From NCBI RefSeq assembly GCF_009914755.1, contig NC_060937.1: a stretch of 64,000 nt of DNA; one strand, written 5' to 3'. Under the pieces are notes generated by a model. It was given only the letters and a program-made list of their open reading frames with translations, was not told the origin of the DNA and made no database searches. The DNA is from the human T2T-CHM13v2.0 reference genome, Homo sapiens. Below, in pieces: positions 27,441 to 41,659 of this stretch. Within the stretch, counting starts at the first letter, position 1; each line of letters starts with the position of its first letter. The translations under genes were made by a program, and so were the position numbers.

Positions 27441-28089
27441 CAAACATGCAGATCACCCCACAGCACCCTTGCTCCAGTTGACTGGGTTTGGTAACATGGT
27501 GGCAAAATCAAAAACTTGTAAACTAGTAGAAAAACGTTTTTTAGCTCATGAGTCCTCTTCAGGCCAAGCTCAGAAGCTGGTGCCATTGGTCAGCCTCCCT
27601 TCGTGGTTGGAGTTCTTCTCCCACATCAGCTTCTGCCAGGGCGTGTGCCTGTGCAGCCCGAGTCCAGTGTTCCTGTGAGCTGAACTTGGCAGGGAAGGCT
27701 GCTCTGAGGCGGACACCACAGCAACATCGGTGCCTGGGGAACTTCAGATCCAAGGGCACCTGAAGACCTAGTATCCACACGGCTCCCTTCTCCTGTAACC
27801 CACCACGATGTGGGCGGCCTCGAAGAAGGCCCACGAGCAACATACCGAGTGCTCCAGGGAAGCGAGAGCACACACCGGGTAAGGGCTCGAGGCAGAGGTG
27901 AGCGAGCCAGGGCTGGAAAACTAAAGGTGACGTGAGCACAAGATAATGACAGTGCAGTTCCTAGAACAGCATGGAAGACACTGCCTCAAGACAAATATTT
28001 TTTGAATTCCTAATGGAAAAATGGCATTTCTTTTATTTATTTTTATGTATTTTTGAGTGTTAACAAATAGTTCTAGTGATAATTAGCAT

Positions 28090-28320
28090 CTTTGTATATT
28101 TATTGAAAACCAGCACTAAATCTGTATATTTACAGAAAAATGCCTTAGACATAGAAATAGCACAATTCCATGTTTGTGAATTGACAGCTTCCTCTAAACA
28201 TAGAGTAGAGATTCAGCAATTATCACTACAGCTGTTTGTTAACATTTGACAATAGATAAATAATGACTAGAAATCAATCTTTTCATTAAAATTCAAGAAA
28301 CAAAAAGTATCTAAAGGAAT
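28090..28320 (+). mobile_element. Possible ancient L1 ORF2 remnant
   Basis: ccatgtttgtgaattg...agattcagcaatt...ttgacaat...aaaattc loosely resembles L1M ORF2 consensus; very degenerate. Confidence 0.3.
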
Positions 28321-28541
28321 TTCATTATTCCTTTGAAAAGTCCAGGCTAGTCTTGAGGAGGCTCCTCTACATACGTTGTGGTGTTTCCATGTTCATGGGC
28401 CCAAAGTGGTCTTTTTTCCTACAAATGTGTAGCAAAATAAAAGTGAAGATCTGAGATCATATCAGAGAGGGTAGAGGTGATGTGGGCCCTCCAGCCTCAA
28501 CTCACCCACCCGCCTGCTTTCATTCAATCGAAGGCTCAGGC

Positions 28542-28815
28542 AACACACACACATGCACACACACGCATGCACATGTACACACATGCACACACACGCACAT
28601 GTACACAAATGCAATGCACATACACACACACAAATGCACACACGCACACAATTCCCATACACACGGACACACACACCGTATACACTCATGCATATGCACA
28701 CATATTTGCACACATGCATACACACACATTCACACACACATGTGCATGCAGTCACATGCAAAATACATGCACATGCTTGCACACTGTCACACACACATGC
28801 ACACTCACACACACA
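28542..28815. repeat. Imperfect (CA)n/(CACATG) microsatellite
   Basis: acacacacacatgcacacacacgcatgcacatg...; source of the His/Thr- and Cys/Val-rich ORFs. Confidence 0.93.
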
Positions 28816-28978
28816 ATCAGTACTTGTGTCAAAATCCTCACATGGCTGTTCTTTCTACCCATTGGACCAGCAAATGTGTTCTTGTCCCAAGTAACCTGAG
28901 CCCCTCCAAAAAAAACAAAAAAAAAGAAACACCACTGATTTATGTTTTAGATCTTAATTCATCAAAAACACTGAGCTA

Positions 28979-29120
28979 GGCCAGGCATGGTAGTGAGCTT
29001 CTGTAGTCCCAGCTACTCAGGAAGCTGAGCCACAATAATCACTTGAACCCAGGAGGCAGAGGTTGCAGTGAGCCAAGATCGCGCCACTGCACTCCAGTCT
29101 GGGTGACAGAGCAAGACACT
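28979..29120 (+). mobile_element. Single Alu monomer (right-arm-like)
   Basis: ggccaggcatggtagtg...ctgtagtcccagctactcagg...gaggttgcagtgagccaagatcgcgccactgcactccagtctgggtgacagagcaagac; no left arm. Confidence 0.9.
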
Positions 29121-29221
29121 GAAGGAAAGGAGAGGAAAGGACAGGAAAGGGGAAAGAAATGGAAAGGGAAGGATAGGAGAGGGGAGGAGAGGGGAAGAGA
29201 GGAGAGGTGAGGGGAGGGGAG
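29121..29221. repeat. GA-rich low-complexity tract in place of the Alu tail
   Basis: gaaggaaaggagaggaaagg...gaggggagggga directly after the Alu. Confidence 0.85.
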
Positions 29222-31133
29222 TTAGATATGATCTGTGCCTGAGAATTAATTTGGTTTTCTTACAAACCAAAAGGCAGGATTCACAATCAAGACAAGGTGA
29301 TGATGGACAGGCATGCACACATGAGCACGTGGAGCACACAGTGTGTTTGGCTGCAGGAGAAGAATCCAGTTTTCAGCAGGTGAATGCAGAGAAGCCCTGC
29401 TGCTCAGGACAAAGAATGTTTCCAGAATGAACCATGTTTGCAGCTCTCCATTGCCCAGGATGAGCGGCGTCCCCAGGTGCCTGGCCCTTTTATCACCCAG
29501 GCTGATGGTACATCCAGAGGCAGCCATGGCTCAGCCCCCAAGCAAGGCCAGCAATGGCCGGGAAGAAGCTTATTCAATGGGATTCTCTGCAGAGTTGTTC
29601 TGACTTTCAGCTTGCAGGGATGTGGGCATAGAAAACAAGAGGCTGACTTCTCAATCAATCGTCACTTAAGGATGCAGAGCCAGTGGAAGCCCTTTCTTTC
29701 ATGACTTTTAGCATTTTTTCTTCATTTTCAGAAAATCCACACCATCTCCATATATGCATGCACGCATGAGTGTCCGTCCGCCCCCTAACTGTGGGGTTAA
29801 GAATCATGTGACTGCTCATGCTGGAAAAACAAGACAATCACCATCATAAAAGCCCACATCATTTACAGATCTTGGAACTTGAACTTTCTTTAAAAGATAA
29901 ATATAGTAGTTTACATTTTGGAGCTGGAGACATTGTCTTCCTTTCTCTTTTCCCCTTCCACCCTTCTCAAGTATACTTGCCTTTATTTTGAATGAGAAAC
30001 AGGCAACGGGGGGGTGCCACCTCACACAAAGAAAAAGGCAATTATTTAGAAACTGCGCAGTCAAAAAGTCAGAAGTGTCTAAAAGCACAGTGAGTCCCCC
30101 TGTTCATGGCATGGATGCCCTGTCCACTGATGGCACAGCCACACTGCTGGTGCCTGGGTAGCACCTGCCTCCTTGAGCGATGGTCACTGAAGCAAACCCC
30201 ACTGTCTGTAGATGCCGTTAGCATCCCCCTCATGAGGTCTGCTCTGTGAGAAGGTCGGTCAGTGAGTGGCAGCACTGGGCAGTGATGAGGAGGACCCTGA
30301 GTGGGTGTGGGGCGTCGCCTGGATATTAGCTGTGGGTCAGGTAGACACAGAGAAGATGCTGGTGGGCTAGGCACATGTATCCACCCAGAAGATGAATCTG
30401 GTTTTGATCGAAAGTCTTCATAGAGAGAAGAACACTTGGATTTGTTTTGGGGAAGGCTTCCCTGTTAGGATGTAGACGGGGACAGATGTACTGTGACTGC
30501 TAGTCCAGGAGACAGATGCTGAGTGAGTGAGGTTTGGATGTCTCGCGTGCCCTGGGCTGGAGGCTGAGATTTCCACGTTAGGTAGGACATGTGTCAGCCG
30601 CAGGGACTCACCGGCAGTAGGAGTTTATAGAGAGGGATTTCTGTTGAAGTCATTCACTTCCTCATTTACCTCCATCCCCATATTTGCAATCTTGACTGGG
30701 TCCCTGATGACTGCATCCTAGAGTCCCAATTTCCTGAGTTAGAGTACTTCATTTGTAAGCAAAAGTAACCCAGTTCAAGCTGGCATAGGAAAGAAGCAGA
30801 AGGCATTCAACGCGGCTGCAGGCATGGATGGCTCCAAGCGTGTAGCAGTGGCAATGCCTTCAGTGGTCCTTGGCTCTGCGTTGGCTGGGCTGGCTTCCTC
30901 AGGCGGGAGCATCGCACACTGTGAAGGTGACCATGGCATGCCCTGTGCTGGGGGTGGGCAGCAGGAAGCATCCACCACAGGCACTGAACCTGTAGGGCGC
31001 CCAAACCAACAGCCAGCCCCATGGTGGCACTCCACGCGTGGGGGGCCAGGAAGCCTTTAAAATCTCGTTCCAAAACTGACTTAATGACCCAGAAAGCGCA
31101 AGTCGGTAAATAGCAATGAAAAAGCAGGCACAA

Positions 31134-31595
31134 CTATTGACAATTGCAAAGACATGGAATCAGCCTATGTGCCCATCAATGGTAGGCTGGATAAAGAAAA
31201 TGTGGTACATATACACCATGGCCTACTACGCAGCCATAGCAAGGAATGAGATCATGTCCTTTTCAGGAACATGGATGGAGCTGGAAGCCATTATCCTCAG
31301 CAAACTAATGCAGGAAGAGAAAACCAAACACCGCATGTTCTCACTTATAAGTGGGAGCCGAATGATGAGAACACATGGACACACTATGGGGAACAACACA
31401 CTGAGGCCTGTCGGAGGGTGGGGCATGGAGGGACAGAGACCATCAGGAAGAATAGCTGAGGGATGCTGGCTTCATACCTAGGTGACGGGATGGTCTGTGC
31501 AGCAAACCTCCATGGCACGTGTTTACCTTTGCAACAAACCTGCACACCCTGCACGTGTACCCTGGAACTTAAAAGCTGAAGGAAAAAAGAAAAGT
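31134..31595 (+). mobile_element. 5'-truncated L1PA (older primate subfamily) 3' end with 14-bp TSD
   Basis: Translates to L1 ORF2 C-terminus (TIAKTWNQPMCPS..WIKKMWYIYTM..LEAIILSKL..KHRMFSLISGS), followed by L1 3'UTR and A-rich tail; TSD aaaagcaggcacaa at 31120-31133 and 31596-31609. Confidence 0.95.
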
Positions 31596-32136
31596 AAAAG
31601 CAGGCACAAATCTTTCTCTCTCTATGCCACACACATGCACACACACACACACACACACAGATTTATAAAAGCAAGTACAAATTGGACATGCGTGGACTCT
31701 GCACTGCAGCCATGAGGTGGGATTCTCTCTGCAGAAGAACAGAGAATTCTCTCTGGGTGTGGTCTGGCCTCAGAGCCGGTGTGTGCCATCATCCCTCCCT
31801 CCGCTTCCTGCCCCTGCAGATTCCTGCAGGCACTGGGGAGTGACTTCTCTGAGAAGTCTTGAGATCATGAAACCTGTGGTCTTGCCCAACACAGTTCCCA
31901 AACTCACTCGTGCCCAAGGCTTTATTTTGAAAGATGCCTATTTGATCTCCCAGAGCTCCAGCTCTGTGGAAAACCCCTTGGGAAGGCTGATCTAACCCAA
32001 TCTCCCCACTCTACAGATGAGGACATTGAGGCCCCGAAGCATGGAGAGGCCTCTCCACGGATGCAGAGTGAGTGACTGAAGCTCTGGCTGGGTGTGTGTT
32101 CATCGCTTGACCCATCTTCCTGAGACCCATGGCTGC

Positions 32137-32545
32137 TGTCGTGGGTTGAATCATGTCCCCCAAAAAGATGTGTTCGAGTCTTAACCCATGGCACCTGGGG
32201 CTTTATATGGAAACGGGGTCCTTGCAGATATAACTGGTTAAGATGAGGTCACACTGAGTAGGGGGGGCCCTAATTCAATGGCCGATGTCTTTATTAAATG
32301 GGAAAACATGGACACAGACATGCGCAGAGGGAAGACAGCCATGCAGCAGCAGGGCCAGAGACAGGAGTGATGGGTTTACGAGCCAGGAGCGGCAAGGAGC
32401 TGGAAGAGGCGGCGAAAGGCTCCTCCCTGCGGGGCTCAGAGGGGCAGGGTCTCAGGCTTCCAGCCTCCTGCAGAGCTGGAGGTAAGAAACTCGTGCTGTC
32501 ATATGCCACCTGGCGTGTGGCACTTTGTTACGACAGCCACAGGTG
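32137..32545 (+). mobile_element. MLT1-type MaLR solo LTR
   Basis: tgtcgtgggttgaatcatgtccccc..aaaagat; ttgcagatataa..ttaagatgaggtcacac; gtggcactttgttacgacagcc, all typical MLT1 motifs. Confidence 0.85.
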
Positions 32546-35469
32546 GGGGGCGAGGACCATCTGCTGAGGAAGCTTCATTTATACCGGGAGGGATGCGTGG
32601 AAACTGAACAGCCCCGCATCATCCCCCGCCGCCCCCACCCCTTTCTAGCCCCAGTCAGTCTAGGGAATAACAAAAACCTGTGATTCTAAAGCATCTTCCA
32701 AACCAGTAACGGGCCTCATAGAGAGAGATGGGGACAGTCAGGAAACTTAGTCATATTAGTCATAATTCTAAAGAAAATTATCTTCCTGTTTGTTTTCAAA
32801 AATACCAGTTTTCTTCAAATATGAATATAAGCCTGATCAATTGGTTCATTATATTGAAATGTTCAGTTACGTACAATAATTATAATTAAGCACTGAAATC
32901 CAACTCAAACCAATCTATTTAAATGAACCCGAACCTACGAGAAAACATCAAACTCATGTTAAAAAAAAATGTAGGGTTAGAATATTCCGCAATCCTTTGA
33001 AGATATTATTTATAATCGTGCTTGGTAAATCAGAGAAACCCCTTAGAGCCCAAAGACAATGTCTAGCATAAAGCACTGTAGAAATAAAACCCTTTATATA
33101 TTTTTTATAAAGCCTAAAATCAATCCTGACCCAGGCAGCAGTTTCTACATATTTAGATTTGGTTTGTTGCGCCTTTAATGGAATGCTATCAATTTTCTGC
33201 CTTTTAGATGCTTGGGCAATTGAAGCATTTTAACACTGCTCTAGAATAAGTGCTTTCTGTGAGTTCATCCTCCAGTTCAAACAGAACTGCATTTCCTGGT
33301 AAAATTTTACCTCGTAATTATTACACTTTTTTTTATCATCTTCATGCCACAAGATGTGAAGTCCAAAATATTTATGTTCCCGATTGTCAGTCTTTCCTTC
33401 TTAGAGATGTCGAAGTGAAAACAAAATAGACAACTCATTTTGTTGAATCAATACAGGCGCATTATCACAGCAAGATTATAATTCAGGTGCACAAAACCTG
33501 CATTTTCAGAGTACAGCAAGGAAGTCGGGAGGTGCTAAGAGGCACAGCAGGTAACTAATATCAGTAAAGTGGCCCAGATCTGTGTTCAAACAACAGAATA
33601 GGGGGTCTAACTTCAACCCACAAAAATGACAAAAATCAGAGTGAAGCGCAGAGTCCGTCCCTGAACCCGCCCTGCCACGCGGCAGCCAGGGAGGGTGACC
33701 TGCTGTTGTCTGGGGTGGTGACGCTGCTTGGTGACCTCGCCACACGAAAGGACCATGATTCCTGCAGGGCGGAAGCAACCGATGAGCAGTAACAACTCTT
33801 CACGGGGACACAGACAGGTAACCGGGGCACAGGTGTCCTGAACACCGCGAGGCAGCCCCCTCCTCCGAGCTCCCTCTCTCTCTCCTCTCTCCTGCCGTGG
33901 CTCCCCCACTTCCTTCCTCCGTCGCAGCCACGGCCTCTGCATCTTGATGATCTCTTTTCCAGAAACAACGTTATAACGAAATAGAAGAAACCTCAGTCAT
34001 CCACGGGGAAAGCAGTGCTTTCCAGCATTTAAGCGCATTTCTGAATGCACTGAGATACACGGCATTTGAATGTAAACTTTATGTCTATTTTGGCTTCCAG
34101 AGATCACTCTCTCTAGAGCTTAAACTACACAGAGTCTCCTACAATGAGTGAAGAACAGACCCCAAAACACAAAGCATTTTCCTGGCTGCCCACCCACCAG
34201 GCCTTCAGCATGCATAGCTCACTCTCAGGCCGAGAAACAGCACACGCGTGCAGACCCCAGCCTCGTTCCCTGCACCGCCCACCGGCACCTCCCCACGAGC
34301 CGGACCGAAGAGGGACCCGGTAGCCCATCGCAGCCTCTGACAGTGCTCAGGAGCAGACCACAGCCAAAAGTCCCAGTCACCCATGGAATTTGGAGGAGGT
34401 TAGAAATGTTTCTGTTGTATGATTTCAGGACATCAAGACGCTATTTTTAGGCGTGTGAGTCATCACAGTGTTCCCTGACAAGAGCCAGCCCCAGCACGTG
34501 CACGACACCCACAGCGATGGGCTCGTGGAAAACAAGCTCAGCCCGGCTCACGGTGCCCGAAGATCCACCTGGCACCCATCAGTGACCACAGTTCAGGGCG
34601 TCGGGTCTTGGCCTGAGCAAGGTGAGGGACAAAGTAGCCCCAGGCAGCAGGCAGGGAGAAGACATGTCCTCTGCCCTGGGAGCAGCAGCTTTGCCCTGTG
34701 AGGGCTACGTGGGGCCAGTGCCTCCTGCTCAGCCCAGGACACCCACGGCCGGGCACACAGAGGGCAGGTGCTCAATCCCCATCTCCTGGAGGCCTGGAGT
34801 CAGCGGGGCCTGGGGAGGCAGGGCAGATAGATAAGGCAGCCGCCCGGAGGGAACGGCCTCCCTAGAGCATCACACTCACCCCACCAGCACACACGAGCAC
34901 ACACGAGTGCAAAGGAGAGCACACACAAGCACAGAAGGGCACACGGGAGTATACGAGGGCACAGAAATGCATACAGAGCATGTGCAAGCACATGCGAGAG
35001 CACCCCCGTCATATTCCATAGCAGCCAGACACCCTGATACCCTCCTTGATGAAGCTTCGTGCCCATAGCCTGGGCCCTGGCTCTGAGGTGGCTTTGAGGA
35101 CTGACTGGAAGCTCGCGTGCAGCACTGAGCTTCGCCTGGCACCACAGGTCCCTGAATAGCATCGCTACGTTCAGCATCCTTTCCTTAGAACACTGATGAA
35201 AAGAAATCTGGATTTGGGCAGAGCACTGACTGTGCTCAGGGGCGTGTCCCCCACATCTGCATGGTTCTCACCAGTTCACTGTACAGACAGCAGCCGCAGC
35301 CATAGAGAGCACCAGGCCCTCCCACTGCTGTGTGTTCCCCCAGGAGCCAGCCGCACAGCCAGCCCCTGCCCTCCGCCCCGCCCTGTGTCCCTGAGAGTGT
35401 CGCTCACCTTTTCTCATCCTGTGGCTTGGGGAGGTTAGAAAATCTGATAGAAGGTTAGAAAACCTTCAC

Positions 35470-35733
35470 GCACAGGTGCGATGGCTCACATCTGTAATCC
35501 CAGAGGCCGAGGCAGGTGGATTGCTTGAGGTCAGGAGTTCGAGACCAGCCTGGCCAACATGGCAAAACCCTGTCTCTATTAAAAATACAAAATTAGCCGG
35601 GCATGGTGATGGGCGTCTGTAATCCCAGCTACTGGTGAGGCTGAGGCAGGAGAATCAGTTGAACTCAGGAGGCAGAGGTTGCAGTGAGCCAAGATCAGAG
35701 TGAGACTCTGTCTCAAAGAAAAGAAAAAAAAAA
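35470..35733 (+). mobile_element. AluS element with two internal deletions
   Basis: ggctcacatctgtaatcccag|aggccgagg (cactttggg missing); gaggtcaggagttcgagaccagcctggccaacatgg; gccaagatc|agagtgagactc (segment missing); A tail. Confidence 0.93.
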
Positions 35734-35879
35734 TGAAAGTTTAGAAAAGCACACTTCCACAGCACATGGCTTTAGTAGGGCTCTTCTACTGAAGGAGCAC
35801 CCAGGGGCCAGGGCTGGAAATTTTAAACTAAGATCAATAATAGTAATAATAATAAATTCTATTCCATAGAATAGAATAA

Positions 35880-36694
35880 ATATCCATGAGCTTAAGCTGA
35901 TAAAAACAGGTAATCAAATAAGTACATAGGGTGGGGAGAGACAGCCCTTTCTCACAGGAGACTCCCAGTTACTCAGTGTGGAAGGAAAGAAGAAACGGGA
36001 AAAGCAGGAACACCACCATTTGGCAAGCAGCACGGGAAGAAGCGTAGAAGGCAGTGTTCTCAAGGGAGCTGAGATCGGCAGGCAAAAGTATGAGAAACTG
36101 GCTATTTCCGTAGTCCCCAGATACCTTTTCATAAGACACCAAATCATGGCAAAGGGGAAAATCCCAAGCTGACAGGGGAGATGCCCGGCAGATGCCACCT
36201 ACCTGTGTGGTCAAAGTTGCACCACCAGGAGTGAGGCTGGGGGACGTCACGTGCCTGCCGGGAGGCCCCAGAAGGACATTTGGCATTCTGGCCAAAAATG
36301 CATAATTTTAATTTATTCATGAAGAAACATCAGACGAACCCAAACAGAGGGGCATCCTATAAAATCAGCTCTCCAGAGCTGCCATGGTCATTGAAGAGGA
36401 ATCTACAGGGAGGAACTCCCCCAGCTGGGCAGCGACAAATGACACAGCAGCTAGAAGCAACCTGGGCCCTGAAATGGGTCTGGGACCAGAAAAGAGGCAA
36501 TCACAGGGAAATTGGTAGCATTCACACAAGGCCTGTAGACCGGCTGGTAATAGTGTCATCTGCTATGTGACTGTAAGTTTAACACAATGAATTACGTAAC
36601 CGCAGCCTTCAGGGAAGCTGGGTGGAGGGTAGGGCAGACACTTTATACTAGTTTTGCTATTTTTGCAACTCTTTTGTAAGCATGAGATTATTTC
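35880..36694 (+). mobile_element. Ancient L1M 3' region (L1MC4-like)
   Basis: aaaatgcataattttaatttattcatgaagaaacatcagacgaacccaaa and gggaagctgggtggaggg...tttttgcaactcttttgtaag resemble the L1MC 3'UTR. Confidence 0.65.
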
Positions 36695-36699
36695 CAAGG

Positions 36700-37052
36700 T
36701 GTATTAGTCTGTTTTCACACTGCTATGAAGAAATACCCAAGACTGGGTACTTTATAAAGGAAAGAGGTTTAATTGACTCACAGTTCCTCATGGGTGGGGA
36801 GGCCTCAGGAAACTTACAATGACAGTGGAAGGCAAAGGTAAGAAAGCACCTTCTTCACAAGGTGGCAGGAGACAGAAGCGCAAAGGAGGAACTTCCAGAC
36901 ACTTATAAAACCATCAGCTCTCATGAGAACTCACTATGATGAGAACAGCATGGGGGAACTGCCTGTGCGATCCAATCACCTCCCTCCCTGGACACATAGG
37001 GATTACAGGTCAAGATGAGATTTGGGTGGGGACACAGAGCCAAACCATATCG
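36700..37052 (-). mobile_element. THE1 (MaLR) solo LTR with 5-bp TSD
   Basis: tgtattagtctgttttcacactgctatgaagaaatacc...gatgagatttgggtggggacacagagccaaaccatatcg is the reverse complement of a THE1 LTR; TSD caagg at 36695-36699 and 37053-37057. Confidence 0.93.
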
Positions 37053-37307
37053 CAAGGGAAAAGCTAAGAGACAAAGGAAGGCCACTGACTAATGGGCGTT
37101 CTTCACCATCCTTGCTCTGGATTTGTCTCACAAAGGGCGTTGCCCAAGCCAAACCCCCAAGTTGAGAAGCAGGACTTTCTGTGGTTTCATCTGCAGATGG
37201 AGTCCTTTCTCAGCCCCTGGCCTCACCTCCATTCGCCGGGGACCTCACAGGGACCTGGCCGGGCCATCCTGCTGGGACTTACTCTGCTTCAGGGCCCCAT
37301 TAACTAA

Positions 37308-38261
<954 letters not shown>

Positions 38262-38789
38262 TAAATCACAAAGGAAAGCCGTCAGGGATGCATGTTACAT
38301 GCCCCATGTTTGCATACTTACCGGAGCAGCCCCTGACAGCGCATCCTGCGGCCCTCTTCAGTCTCACCCATGGCGGAGGACCTCACCCTCTGCCTGCCGC
38401 CCCCGGGACGTAGCCTCCCACCACCCGCTCACCCTCAGTCACACTCGGCTCCATGTGAGTGACGCCTCTTGGCTGGAAGCTTCCTGGGGTCACTGTCCAC
38501 ATGCCACGAGGCCCCATCCCCCCACCCCACCCTCCACATGCCACGAGGCCCCATCCCCCCACCCCACCCCACGGGGCCACCCTCTTCGAAGCTCCTTCAA
38601 ACACACGCCCGCGCCCCCATCTGCTCTTTCTGGAAACGCACAGAACCCTCTGCGGGAACTCAGAATGGAGCACTCGGTTCTCCCGTCATGAACGAATTGT
38701 TCCTATTGGCGCTCAGAGCGAGTGTCTGTGTTGTGGGCAAAGAGCATTAGAAATGTGTCATGGAAAGAAGAGACTTCTAATTAAAGCCT

Positions 38790-39590
38790 CTAACAACAGG
38801 GCCAAGAAACCGAAGGTCACGGGCGAGGCTCTCACAGCCCCGCCTTCTGCATCTCTAGACGGAGTCTGCCGAGCCAGGCGCAGCCCTGGGACCTCAGGGA
38901 CCGAGGTCGAGGCTCCGTCGCGGCCTCTGCTCCCACTCTGAACTCGCCGCCTGTGGGTGCCTCCTCTTCTCCCCATGCCCCTCCTCCGACCCCGGGCCCG
39001 TGTTCCTGGCGGCTTGCGCCCCACCTGCCGCGTGTGTGAGCTCGTCCCTGTCGCCACGCTCGAGGTGGCGGTGTGGCTGCGTCGGTTCTCGCCGCCTTTG
39101 AGCCGGCCCGGGCTGCGCGCAGCCTCCCGCGTGCCTGGAGAGGCGAGTGCTGCGGGCACCACCCCTGCGCCCCGAGACCCCGGGAAACTCCTGCCGCGCC
39201 CTCTTCTTGCACTTACTCGGAGCCTGTGAGGTGTGTTCGCGGGCTTTCTGGTGTCTGTGAAAGGAACCGGGGGGACATCGATCCGTTTCAAACACACGCC
39301 TGTGTCCGTGAGGAGTCCGAGAGGCAGAGCTGGAGCGTCGCCCGGAAGCTGCCCTCTGTGGCCATGAGCGGGTGTCCAGCCCCTTCCAAGGCTGCACCGG
39401 GGAGACGCTGGTTTTCTGCTCGCTGTGACCGAACAAAGCCCCTAAGAGTCAGTGCGCGGAACAGAAGAGCCGGACCCCGACGGGCCGAGTCCCAACGTGA
39501 GGCACCCGGCAGAGAAAACACGTTCACGGCCCCAGCCTTCCGCAGCCACAGAAGAACACGCACGGGGGCACGCGGCGTTCACAAGGGATT
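38790..39590. promoter_or_regulatory. CpG island, candidate promoter
   Basis: GC-rich, dense CpG (cgcg, ccgg, gccggcccgggctgcgcgc) in non-repeat sequence. Confidence 0.8.
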
Positions 39591-39699
39591 CATGGCTGTG
39601 TTTGAAGTTTTTTTTTTTTTTTTTTCTTTTTTTTTCCAGTGAGACAAGTTTTACTGAAAACTTTTCCTATCTGGCTCATCAGATCTCAGGCCGTCTCTG

Positions 39700-40200
39700 G
39701 TGGTTTTAGCTCCTTTAATTTAATTAACTTTAAAAGAGCTGGAGAGTATTAGTAAAATATACTCCCTGGTCACAACTCCACGAATGTTAACAACCTGTCC
39801 AATTACAGGGAAGGGGGTCCCGACCCCTCGCACCTGCTAATTAAAATTGCTAATCACCAGCAATTATCTGGCCGAGCTTTAGAAACCATTTGACCCTTCG
39901 CCCACCAAGGGAGCGATGTTTGCGGCCCCTCCCCGGAGCCGAGCCAAGCTGTCCCCAGCGCCTGCCTATTAAGTGCCACTAATAGGAAATCAACAAAAGC
40001 GCCGTGACATCTGTGTAGACGTCCCAGGCCCCAGGTCTGAGTGCACAGGTGCTGGCCATGAGGCTGCCAAAGAAAGTGCCAAGAGCAGGAAATTCACCAA
40101 CAATGAGGCGGACTGTGCTCGCGGCGGAATCGGCAGCCCCATCACCCGCAGCCGCGCCTTGGCCTCCGGATAATTAGGTCCCCAAACCAGGCAGCCCTTT
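39700..40200. promoter_or_regulatory. Homeobox/SOX motif cluster, candidate developmental enhancer
   Basis: tttaatttaattaa, ccaattac, ctaattaaaattgctaatc, caattatc, ctattaagtg, gataattagg and SOX-like aacaatg within ~500 bp. Confidence 0.4.
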
Positions 40201-41659
40201 GTCCTGAGCGGCTGGCTGGCCAAAAGCATTGGACAGGGATTTTAAAAATCTCTTCTTTTTAATGACTCTTCTCCCTGCTCAAGCATAAATGAAAGATGTT
40301 ATTTTTTTAAAAAGTCCTCTGAGAGGATCTCAAATGTGTAGCCCTTATGTTGTAGGGAGAGTGGGGTTTCCTACTCTTACTGCTGGCGTGCAGAAGTGTC
40401 CTTTCATTGCTGGCTTGAAGCGGGCTCACAGAATAGACGGTGATTGTGATCTGCTACTAGGAAAAGGTTCTGGGATAGTTCGGGCTCCCAAAAGGCAGCT
40501 TCCTGGGAAGCTCGTAGGTTTTAGCACCCCAATCCATAGGTTTCTGCAGTGCCTGCTTCTTCCCCGCAATATGATCTTTTAAAAACACCCCTCGGCCCAT
40601 TCAGCAGATTCACAGACACATCACACTTTCTTTCTTGCCGTTTGAGGATGAGATGGTCTAAGTTTAGAAATTCATCCTAGGAGTGGTTTCAACAGCTCTG
40701 GATATAAAAACAGCGCAAGAAGGAAATGTAAATGTAGCTGAGTGGGACGCGTGTGATTTCAGACCCAATTACCGGCAGACTGCAAAGGAGACAGATGCAG
40801 ATGGCTCCAGATGCGGGGAAGTGCGCTCCGGTCGAGGGCCGTGATTGGGGATGATCATCGCCTACAGCGGCCTTTGGTCCTTTATGAAAAAATAAAGTGA
40901 ATAAAATAGTTTTACCCCATGGGTTTCAATTCCCTGCTCACCCTCTCTTGGCCTCCCCCTCCATCTCCCTGCAGCCTGGGTGAGACCTTCAGTCCGCAGG
41001 CGGGCATTGAGGCCTCGGCACAGTCTGGCCTTATTTCTACAAGGGGAGAAGGAGCCTGACACGGTCAGAGTTTTGCCAAAGCCACGGCCATTGCCAAAGT
41101 CCACTCTCCACGTGTGTCTTGGCTGGAGTGGCTGGTTTCTGGAATTCAACATGTAAAGGCACCAATGATCCCTCTGGAAACCCAGAAAAAGGCAAGTTGG
41201 AGGCTACTGCCGCGTTCCACCTGGCGTCTGTCCCCACGCCACAGCTGGGCACCTCCACCCTCCCCCCACACAGAGAGGGGACTGCCGGACACAGGCTCCA
41301 GAGAACAGGGCTGCCAAGACCCACGGAGGCCTCCCCATCCCTGTACTGGGGAACTGAGATGAAAGCCACCCCCGCATTTGTCCAGAATGAGTGGAGACTG
41401 GACTTCAGGGCTGGACCCACCTGTGGGGCTGAGCAGGGGTCGGTAGGCATTTGTTGAAGGTGTTCCTGCCCCTCCCAGCCCCTGCCTGGCTTCCGCACTA
41501 GCCCCGGCACCTGGGATCCTGCATTTTCTTCCTAATCCTTTATCCAAGGCCGAGCTTGATAGTTCTGCCTATTCTCCTTCCCCACGTTTTCCTCCCCTCT
41601 ACCTAACAGGTTTCTGGGCTTCTGACCCATACCCCTGACCTCACCACAACCTTTGTTTT

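Noticed and set aside
28462-28979. His/Thr- and Cys/Val-rich ORFs
   Set aside because: Translation of the (CA)n-like microsatellite.
38496-38572. 37-bp two-copy duplication (ccacatgccacgaggccccatccccc..); similar short duplications at 54055-54105 and 63167-63198
   Set aside because: Ordinary slippage duplications with no further structure.
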